From Acidobacteriota bacterium (GTDB taxonomy: Bacteria; Acidobacteriota; UBA890; WLXD01), in the NCBI GenBank assembly GCA_965248695.1, contig CBDFKD010000002.1:3104001-3168000 (forward strand): 64,000 bases of DNA, in the 5' to 3' direction. Every line of letters begins with the position of its first letter. The first letter of the stretch is position 1. Below, in pieces: positions 41,831 to 49,259 of the stretch. The translations under genes and the position numbers were made by a program. Under the pieces are notes generated by a model. That model ran no database searches and was not told the DNA's origin. It saw only the letters and a list, made by a program, of their open reading frames with translations.

Positions 41831-42929
41831 GCGCATCGGCAAGCTCGCGGTAGCCGCGGCGGTCGCGCTGCTGGTAGCCGGAGGCGGCGTCCAAGCCGAA
41901 CCCGAGGGTCAGCAAGACCAGCGGCGGCGCCAACTCGAGGTGTTCGAAGGTCTGCTGACGGATCTGGTGCAGGAGCGCGTCACGCTACGGGTTAATTCCA
42001 CCATCGACCTGGAGCGCAGCGGCGACACCAACGGCGACGGCGCTATCGAGGTCGACGGCAATGTCGGCATCCTCGCCCTGGAACCGGTCGTAGTGAAGGT
42101 GGGCCGACCTCTCGCCGCCCATGGCTTCTACCTCGACGGCTACGGTGTGGTGTTTTCGATCCAAACGCCGCAGGTAGCGGTGCTGCCGCGCAGCTTCAAC
42201 GCCCGCATGGAAGCGCCGATCACCATGCTGCGCACCGGCCCGAACCTGTGGTCCGAACAGCGCAAAGTTGCCCCCGGCCTGATCGACATCCGCGCCGACA
42301 TGCTCATGCGCTCCATCGGCGACCTGCGCGTGCTCATCGAACGCGACGCTGCCGAGGACAACGACGCTGCCCTGCACGAGCTCGCCAAGTTCGAGGACAC
42401 ACTGGAGCAGATTCGCCATGCCGTAGCTCCGCGCGCCGACGCCCCGCACGCTGACGACCAGGTAGAAGCAGCGGTTTTCGACCGTGAGCTCGAGGAAACC
42501 GAGCGCGCCCGCCGCGCCTACGAGGTGGCCGTCGTCCGGCCGCGCCAGCGCGACGCTCGTGCATACTTCCGCGGCGCCATCGAGCAGCAGCGCAGCCTCA
42601 AGCAGATCCTCGAGCGCGACCACCAGCAGATCGCCGACGCGGTCAACGAAGCCGCTATTGAAGCGCTGGCCCAGTTCGGAACCGTCCTGCGCGGCCTAGA
42701 CTCCGACGACCAGGTGTCGATCATGGTGCTACCGCCCAACGAGTGGAACCTCGCGCGGCGACACGGTGTAGGTGTGGACCAGGGCGAGTACGTCATCTCG
42801 ATCCGCTACAAGGACATCCGCGACTACGGCAACGAGAAGATCGACATGGACAAGTTCCGCGAGCGCGTCGAGATCCACAACCGCCTGGGCATCCAGCTCG
42901 AGATTAAGATCGTCACCGACGAGCAGTAG
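41820..42929 (+). CDS. Exported hypothetical protein coupled to the sigma/anti-sigma pair
   Basis: Signal peptide, RRQLEVFEGLL, HGFYLDGYGVVF, coiled-coil middle. Confidence 0.7.
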   Translation: MTTERIGKLAVAAAVALLVAGGGVQAEPEGQQDQRRRQLEVFEGLLTDLVQERVTLRVNSTIDLERSGDTNGDGAIEVDGNVGILALEPVVVKVGRPLAAHGFYLDGYGVVFSIQTPQVAVLPRSFNARMEAPITMLRTGPNLWSEQRKVAPGLIDIRADMLMRSIGDLRVLIERDAAEDNDAALHELAKFEDTLEQIRHAVAPRADAPHADDQVEAAVFDRELEETERARRAYEVAVVRPRQRDARAYFRGAIEQQRSLKQILERDHQQIADAVNEAAIEALAQFGTVLRGLDSDDQVSIMVLPPNEWNLARRHGVGVDQGEYVISIRYKDIRDYGNEKIDMDKFRERVEIHNRLGIQLEIKIVTDEQ

Positions 42930-42944
42930 CGCGGTGTTCGGGCA

Positions 42945-44108
42945 TCATTCCGTCTGAACAACCTCGTAGCGCCCCTCGTCGAACGCCGCGTTGTGCCCGC
43001 ACATCAGTTTGCGCTTCGCTCCCCAACAATAGGCTTGACTGCGACGGCCCCGAACGACAAACGTTCGAATCCCCAAGGCCCTGTAGTTTTGGACCACTGT
43101 CTTGCTGGGGTGTGTTAAACGCCCCAGGATTCGACGGTACGTAGACACGGCGAAGCGCGGCCCATCAAGCTGACTCTTAAGCACCGCGGACATGAATGGG
43201 TACGTACTGGAAGTCCTGGAGCCGTGATGGGGAACCTTGAGAACGTTGGCGCGGAGGTCAATCCTGGGGTCCGTAACCAGCTTCCTCTCGATATCGATGA
43301 TCGGCAGCTCGCGATAGCCACGACTCCTGAGACGCCCATTGATGTCTCCGGTGAATAGGAACCGGTGCTTTTTCTGTAGTTCGACCTTCAGCACGATTGA
43401 CGCGTTGTTTACCTGATAGGCACAGTTGCGCCTGTTCTCGGTTGACGCGTCCTCCTCGGCGCTCAGGATCGTTAGTCGCATCCCCCACTTGTCGATCGGC
43501 TCGTTGAAGGAGTACCGCCCGTCGGCGAGTAGAGGGCGGACATAGTTGTCTAGGGTCTTATTCCGCTCAGCACGCTCGAAAACACGTCTGCTGATCCAAT
43601 ACGAATCCCGCAACCACTCGTCGAGTCCGGTGGGATTGCAGCGATCGTTGTAGTTGTAGCCAGGGTCCCATAGTTCGCCGACCTTCCTGCTTTGGACGAG
43701 GCGCCTGAGCCCACGGTGGTGATCTCGGTCGGGATGCGTCATGACGACCAGATCTACCTTCCTCTTGGGGCCGAACCGTTCGCGGATTCTGGCCTCGAGG
43801 AATCCCCGTTTCGATCCGCCGTCGATGACCGCAAGAGCGTCCGGCGTCTCGATGATGATCGCGTCGCCGTCTACTCCGAGGAAGTGGACGAGGAAATCAA
43901 GTTTCGCCACCGATCCATCGTCGGGGAGTATCCCGTGGGCTATCTTCAGCGCTGCTACATCGTCCTGAAGCGTCGACACATCCTCACGCAGCGTCGAAGC
44001 ACAGGAAACGGCCAGCGCAGACACCATCGAACTTATCGCGATTCGCGCGATGCTAGAACTCCGCACTTGCCTGTGTCCCGAGGATGTTCCCGTGGAAGCA
44101 ACCTGCAC
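42945..44108 (-). CDS. ComEC/Rec2-like MBL-fold metallo-hydrolase (soluble, lipoprotein-like)
   Basis: VHFLGVDGDAIII, IDGG, THPDRDH, NNASIVLK, LFTGD, LKVPHHGS; ALAVSC lipobox; visibly lower GC; start uncertain. Confidence 0.8.
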   Translation of the reverse strand: MQVASTGTSSGHRQVRSSSIARIAISSMVSALAVSCASTLREDVSTLQDDVAALKIAHGILPDDGSVAKLDFLVHFLGVDGDAIIIETPDALAVIDGGSKRGFLEARIRERFGPKRKVDLVVMTHPDRDHHRGLRRLVQSRKVGELWDPGYNYNDRCNPTGLDEWLRDSYWISRRVFERAERNKTLDNYVRPLLADGRYSFNEPIDKWGMRLTILSAEEDASTENRRNCAYQVNNASIVLKVELQKKHRFLFTGDINGRLRSRGYRELPIIDIERKLVTDPRIDLRANVLKVPHHGSRTSSTYPFMSAVLKSQLDGPRFAVSTYRRILGRLTHPSKTVVQNYRALGIRTFVVRGRRSQAYCWGAKRKLMCGHNAAFDEGRYEVVQTE

Positions 44109-44259
44109 GAGGAAACTACATTCAGGCCCTTTTTCCGACAGCAGGACGGAGGGTCGATCGCGCTAGGCCTGGTACGGTCGCCGATGCTATTCTGAACCTA
44201 TCGACTTCGGATCCGGGTAGTGCCGGACAGCGCCTACTCGCGCTGCTTGCCGCATAGTC

Positions 44260-44612
44260 GGGGGCGTCAGGGTTCGACGGGAACACTGAAGCCGAGGCTG
44301 CATGTCGAGCGTCCGCGAATGCTCGTTAATCCCACGCGGAAACCAACACAACTGCCAACACACCGGTAGCTCTGGCGGCTTAAACACCCGTCAGCGTTCC
44401 CCGACCCGGGCCTGCAAGGGTCGGAGCGAACGCCATTCAGCAGGCTGGTCGTCTAGCTCTGTTCGGGGGCGAGGCGACGAGACACTACCCGGACTAGCGC
44501 TACGCCAGCTGGCCCGCCGGGTCGGCGCGGCGCGAATCCTTTCGGCGGGATAAGCATGTAGACGCTTCGTGCGGATGGTTTTCGGACGCGGGTTCAATTC
44601 CCGCCGCCTCCA
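44260..44612 (+). ncRNA. ssrA: tmRNA, tag peptide ANTPVALAA
   Basis: 5' GGGGGCGTCAGGGTTCGAC; 3' GGACGCGGGTTCAATTCCCGCCGCCTCCA T-arm and acceptor stem; tag frame 44354-44383 ending in TAA; CCA tail not fully encoded. Confidence 0.95.
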
Positions 44613-44614
44613 CT

Positions 44615-44723
44615 GCTTCAGGCCCGAGAAGGGGTCATCTGCGGCGTTGCCGAAGCCTTGAAGGTCGCCATGACCGTCGGCGGCTTCGGCGCCTGGCATC
44701 TGACCCCTTCTCGGGCCTGAAGC
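44615..44723. repeat. 109-bp palindromic element with 23-bp perfect terminal inverted repeats
   Basis: GCTTCAGGCCCGAGAAGGGGTCA (44615-44637) and its reverse complement (44701-44723); inner stem GCCGAAGCC/GGCTTCGGC. Confidence 0.8.
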
Positions 44724-44765
44724 TTGTGAAATGGCGCGGCGCGAGCGCGAGACCAGCGACCGCGG

Positions 44766-45131
44766 CTACTTCTTCTTCTTCGGCTTCTTGGTCGGCTTCG
44801 GGGGGAGCGACGACACGTAGTCGTAGGACATCGCGAGGTAGGGTCCGAGCGCGCCGGTGTCATCGAGCAGGTCGTCGGGGACCGTGACGTACTCGGGCAT
44901 ATTGTGATCGTACGACCTGAGGATCGTCGTCTCGAACCGGTCGAGGAACGCCTCGCGTTCTTCCTTCGGCAGACGAATCCCGAGCTTCGCCTCGGTAGAG
45001 AACACGGTGAACATGTGACCGTTAACGGACGTGTAGAGGAGGTTCTTCCCTTTCCGCTCGATCTGCGGGTGCGTTCCGATGAGCCGGTCGTACGCGGCCT
45101 TTTGCTCGTCGCTGACGGCCTTCTTCTCCAT
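44766..45131 (-). CDS. TfoX-N/YjbR-like small protein
   Basis: VNGHMF...LGIRL...MPEYVTVP...YVSSLPPKPTKK. Confidence 0.65.
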   Translation of the reverse strand: MEKKAVSDEQKAAYDRLIGTHPQIERKGKNLLYTSVNGHMFTVFSTEAKLGIRLPKEEREAFLDRFETTILRSYDHNMPEYVTVPDDLLDDTGALGPYLAMSYDYVSSLPPKPTKKPKKKK

Positions 45132-45228
45132 TCCGGAGCTCCTTGAGTCACGTGAGCGCGGGCTAGGGTCGGTTGTAATGTCGACGGAGGACGAGACCTC
45201 GGGCGGCAGGGAAAGTCCCCCAGAAGTG

Positions 45229-45966
45229 CTAGGACACCGCTATCAGGCTCGTCACCCCGATCAATCCCACCACGAGCCCGAGTGCGCGTATGGCGGCAGT
45301 ATGTCGCGGGCCATATCGATGCGCGAGGCGTTGCGTGAACGCAAAGGCGCCCAGTGCTACCAGGACCTGAACGACAGCCAATCCCGCTAGGTAGCCGGCC
45401 ACTGGCGTAGGTTCCGCTCCGACGATTGAGTCGCCGTAGGCGAACCCGTGCGTCAGGCCCGCGAGTGCGAAGCCGACCGCCAAGCGCGCGTAGCTCGTCC
45501 TCGAGCCAGCGATCAGCAAGAGGGCCACAGCCAGCAGCGATGCCGCAACTCCCACTTCCGCATACAGACTGGACCCTCCGGCAAGGAACCCGCTACAGCC
45601 CACGAGAGAAGCGCCCACGAAAGCCAGCGGCAGAAACCGTCTGGCCGGACGCGAAATCCAAGCCCCCCGACCGGCCTCGCGGGGAGCGGCTGTCGACGCG
45701 ACAGCGGCAAGCACACCTATGGCGATCAAGAACACCAAGTGGTCCGGACCGATCACCGGATGGGCAAGGCCTGAAAGCAGGCCGCCCATCAATGTGTTCG
45801 GGACAGCGCCGTCGAGCATGTGGTGCGCCAGTGCTTCGCGAGGCGCTCCCACGAGGATCGCAATGAGGCACGCCGACAGCGTCGCTGTGAGGCCGCGCGC
45901 GTCGAGAAACCCGGGCGCCCTGAACGCGCGCGGCATCGGGGAGCGGTGGGGACAGGTCATCCTCAT
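45229..45966 (-). CDS. HupE/UreJ family Ni/Co permease
   Basis: ALAHH signal end, SGLAHPVIGPDHL, THGFAYG; last gene of the NHase operon. Confidence 0.9.
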   Translation of the reverse strand: MRMTCPHRSPMPRAFRAPGFLDARGLTATLSACLIAILVGAPREALAHHMLDGAVPNTLMGGLLSGLAHPVIGPDHLVFLIAIGVLAAVASTAAPREAGRGAWISRPARRFLPLAFVGASLVGCSGFLAGGSSLYAEVGVAASLLAVALLLIAGSRTSYARLAVGFALAGLTHGFAYGDSIVGAEPTPVAGYLAGLAVVQVLVALGAFAFTQRLAHRYGPRHTAAIRALGLVVGLIGVTSLIAVS

Positions 45967-45970
45967 CTCC

Positions 45971-46351
45971 TCAATCCGACGGGCGCAGCTGCACCGGCTG
46001 GCCGTGTGGGGTGTGGCGGTAGGCATCGGCCCAGTCGTCCCTGCGCTCCGTCAGGGCCGCGGCGTCGGTCAGCCCGCCGGCGGTAACCAGGCGTTCGAGC
46101 GCCGCCACCCAGTGATGGTAGTAGCACGAGCCGTCGTCGGGCTCGCCGCGCGCTGCTGCCTCGGCAAGCTCGGCGCCCAGCGTCTCGGACCACTCCTTCC
46201 AGGTGAAGTGCCCCTCCTCGGACAGATTCACCGCCAACGCGAACGCCTGCGCTTGCCAGGGCTCCGCAAATACCGGTCCCTCTTCATCGCGCGGCAGCGG
46301 CGGCAACTGCGCCAGGCGTGCATCATCGAGCTTTGCCTCAGGCGGGCTCAA
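45971..46351 (-). CDS. Nitrile hydratase accessory/activator protein (P14K/NhlE-like)
   Basis: GPVFAEPWQAQAFA, FTWKEW, YYHHWVAALE, W..AYRHTPHGQPV. Confidence 0.92.
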   Translation of the reverse strand: MSPPEAKLDDARLAQLPPLPRDEEGPVFAEPWQAQAFALAVNLSEEGHFTWKEWSETLGAELAEAAARGEPDDGSCYYHHWVAALERLVTAGGLTDAAALTERRDDWADAYRHTPHGQPVQLRPSD

Positions 46352-46985
46352 GGTAGCCCTCCCAGAGATCGACGTAGACCACGTCGCCGGCGACGGCGCG
46401 GTTTCCCCAGAGCTCGTCGGAGGTGAACTTCACCGTGTAGACGTACTGCGGCTCGCGGCTCAGCCGATAGCCCTCTGTATCGGTGTCCTGCAGGCGGTGC
46501 AGGCCGTGGTGGCGCACGACGGTGCCGCGTCGACCGCGCACGTAGGCCGGCAGACGGATGTGGCCGCGGCGCTGGAGGTTGCGGGCGCGCACGTCCTGTT
46601 GCGGGGAATAGCGTGGCGACGGAACGTCGTCCTGCGCCGGCGACTCCTGCGGACCCGCCGATTCCTCCGAGCCATCCGCGCCATCGACCGCGGGCGCCGA
46701 GCCGGGCTCGGCGCGACCGCTCTCCAGCTCCGCCGCCGTGATGACACCGTCGCGAATCAGGTTGGCAACCAGCCCGGTGAACCATCGCTGGTAATACGGC
46801 ATCCGCAGGTAGTCGGCCGCCGGGATGTTCTCGATGGCGTAGCGGAAGCTGCGGTCGCCCAGCACGCCCATGAACAGCAGCCCCAGCACGCGGCCTTCCC
46901 AGGGCTCGTGGAAGACGGGCTCGTCGGCCTCGGGCTCGATCGGCCCCAGGCCGTCCATGCCGCCCATGTCGTGGATGCCGTTCAT
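46338..46985 (-). CDS. nthB: Nitrile hydratase beta subunit
   Basis: [50 protein letters not shown]. Confidence 0.95.
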   Translation of the reverse strand: MNGIHDMGGMDGLGPIEPEADEPVFHEPWEGRVLGLLFMGVLGDRSFRYAIENIPAADYLRMPYYQRWFTGLVANLIRDGVITAAELESGRAEPGSAPAVDGADGSEESAGPQESPAQDDVPSPRYSPQQDVRARNLQRRGHIRLPAYVRGRRGTVVRHHGLHRLQDTDTEGYRLSREPQYVYTVKFTSDELWGNRAVAGDVVYVDLWEGYLEPA

Positions 46986-47761
46986 GCGGCGCCCCCGTCC
47001 TCATCGCCGGCCGGCGCGGCGATCTTCGCCACCCCGATCATGGCGTCGCGCGAGACGATCTCGGCCAGCTGCTCTTCGGTCATGTCCTCGGTGCCCGCTG
47101 GTCGCTCCGGCAGCACCAGGTAGCGGATGTCGGCGGTGCTGTCCCACACCCGCACCTCGATGTCGTCGGCCAGCTCGAGGCCGAAGCCCCGGAGCACCCC
47201 GCGCGGATCGATCACCGCCTGCGAGCGGAAGCCGGCGGACTTGTACCAGACCGGCGGTAGGCCCAGCGTCGGCCACGGGTAACAGGAGCACAGGGTGCAG
47301 ACCACCAGGTGGTGCACCTCGGGCGTGTTCTCAACTACCACCATGTACTCGCCCTCGGCGCCCGCGAATCCGAGCTCGGCAATCGCCGCGGTGCCGTCTT
47401 GCAGCAGTCGAGCCTTGTACTCGGCGTCGGCCCAAGCACGCGCCACTACCTGGGCTCCGTTGCGCGGCCCGATCTTGTTCTCGTACAGGTCGACCACCTC
47501 GTCGAGCGCCGCCGGATCGACCAGCTCCTTTTCTACCAACAGTGACTCCAGCGCCCGCACGCGCAGGGCGATGTCGGACGGCACGTCCTGGTGCTCGTGG
47601 CCGTGTTCGTGATCGTGGTCATGCACTTCGGTCGATTCCTGCTCGGTGGTCGATTTCGGGGTAGCGCCGACGTGCCCCTCGCCGACGATCGATGCGGCGG
47701 CCGCAGCCGCGCCCTTCAGGAACTTCCGTCGTCCGGTGCCGTCCTCGTCGCTCTTCGACAT
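46982..47761 (-). CDS. nthA: Nitrile hydratase alpha subunit, cobalt type, with N-terminal extension
   Basis: [10 protein letters not shown] (Thr/Tyr indicates Co type), [30 protein letters not shown]. Confidence 0.96.
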   Translation of the reverse strand: MSKSDEDGTGRRKFLKGAAAAAASIVGEGHVGATPKSTTEQESTEVHDHDHEHGHEHQDVPSDIALRVRALESLLVEKELVDPAALDEVVDLYENKIGPRNGAQVVARAWADAEYKARLLQDGTAAIAELGFAGAEGEYMVVVENTPEVHHLVVCTLCSCYPWPTLGLPPVWYKSAGFRSQAVIDPRGVLRGFGLELADDIEVRVWDSTADIRYLVLPERPAGTEDMTEEQLAEIVSRDAMIGVAKIAAPAGDEDGGAA

Positions 47762-48014
47762 GGCAAATTGCTCCGCCCGGGTGGCTCCTCGCTCGAGAGA
47801 GGCCGAGTATACCGCTCACATTCCGGGCCGCGGAGGGGGTGCCGGAGCGGCCGGCCGAAACCGCCCGAGCCAGACGCTCAACTGGAGATCGGCGGGCCAG
47901 CGCCTGGTCAATCGCCCGCACACGCGTACAATCTGCGCGCGAGCCGCTGTCACTATCGAACGCCGGTTGGCATCGCTCCTAGTAGGACTCGACACGAACG
48001 ACCGGAGGTGGATC

Positions 48015-49148
48015 ATGCAGGCAGCACCGGCGCTCCGCTTTTTGTCCGTCGCGCTGACGGCCCTGGCCCTGGCGGCATGCGGGGGCGGCGTCCAGCCTGA
48101 GCCCGAGGCCGACTCGACTGCCGCGGTCGATCCGGCCGACGTCACCGATCCTGTGCTTGCCGGTGACCTGCCGGATCCTACTTCCGAAGTGATCAAGGCC
48201 TGGGGCCCGCTGCCCGATGGACGCGCCTGGGGATCTACCGCGGGAGTGGATATCGATCCCAATGACGGACACATATGGGCTTACGATCGCTGCGGCGCGT
48301 ACGCTCTGGCCGGCGGATGCGACGTTTCCGACGTCGATCCCGTTCTCAAGTTCGATCGGAACACGGGCGAGGTGCTGGCGAGCTTCGGTGCCGGACTGTT
48401 CGTGTTGCCGCACGGAATCCACGTGGACGCCGAGGGCAACGTCTGGATCACGGACTCGATGGGGAACGAGGCGGGGACGAAAGGGCATCAGGTAATCAAG
48501 TTCAGCCCGGAAGGCGAGGTCCTTCTGACGCTGGGCCAACCGGGAGTAGCGGGCAGCGGACCCGGCCTGCTGAGCGAGCCGTGCGACGTGATCACCGCCC
48601 CGAACGGCGACATCTTCGTGTCGGATGGACACAGCGGCCAGAGCGCCGATCCCCCAGAGGGGACCACCGGCCGCGTGATCAAGTTCAACGCGGCAGGCGA
48701 ATACATCACCGAGTGGGGTCAGATGGGATCGGGTCCGGGTGAGTTCCGTACGCCGCATGCGCTGGCGTTCGATTCGCAAGGGCGGCTCTTCGTTGCCGAC
48801 CGCGGCAACCACCGCATCCAGATCTACGATCAGGACGGCAACCACATCGATACCTACTATCAGTTCGGTCGTATCAGCGGCATGTTCTTCGACGCCGACG
48901 ACACCCTGTACACCATCGATTCCGAGTCCAGCCCGAACTCCCACTCCGACTGGTCAACTGGTATCCGGATCGGGCACGCCTCACGCGACGAGGTGACGGC
49001 GTTCGTGCCGCCCCATGAGTCCGACGACCCGCAGGGCGAGGCTGGCGAGGGCGTCGCCGTGGATGCCGACGGCAACATCTACGCAGCCGAAGGGCCCAAC
49101 TCGCGTGACGCGGCCGAGGGAGGCCTGACGAAGTACATCCGACGCTAG
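48015..49148 (+). CDS. NHL-repeat lipoprotein (peptidylamidoglycolate lyase-like propeller)
   Basis: Lipobox LAAC, PHGIHVDAEGNVWITD, PHALAFDSQGRLFVADRGNHRIQ. Confidence 0.88.
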   Translation: MQAAPALRFLSVALTALALAACGGGVQPEPEADSTAAVDPADVTDPVLAGDLPDPTSEVIKAWGPLPDGRAWGSTAGVDIDPNDGHIWAYDRCGAYALAGGCDVSDVDPVLKFDRNTGEVLASFGAGLFVLPHGIHVDAEGNVWITDSMGNEAGTKGHQVIKFSPEGEVLLTLGQPGVAGSGPGLLSEPCDVITAPNGDIFVSDGHSGQSADPPEGTTGRVIKFNAAGEYITEWGQMGSGPGEFRTPHALAFDSQGRLFVADRGNHRIQIYDQDGNHIDTYYQFGRISGMFFDADDTLYTIDSESSPNSHSDWSTGIRIGHASRDEVTAFVPPHESDDPQGEAGEGVAVDADGNIYAAEGPNSRDAAEGGLTKYIRR

Positions 49149-49259
49149 CGGGCAATGATCGGTTGGCCCTTCCGGATCGACAGCGGCTAACCGGGCTTGC
49201 CCGGTTAGCTGGGCCTAGGAGATAAGGGGAACGCCCCACCGGGGCGTTTCGGTGCACCG

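Noticed and set aside
46982-47761. nthA as a nitrile-hydratase-leader RiPP precursor
   Set aside because: The full CTLCSC metal site, beta subunit and activator are present, so it is a true enzyme; no RiPP maturases nearby
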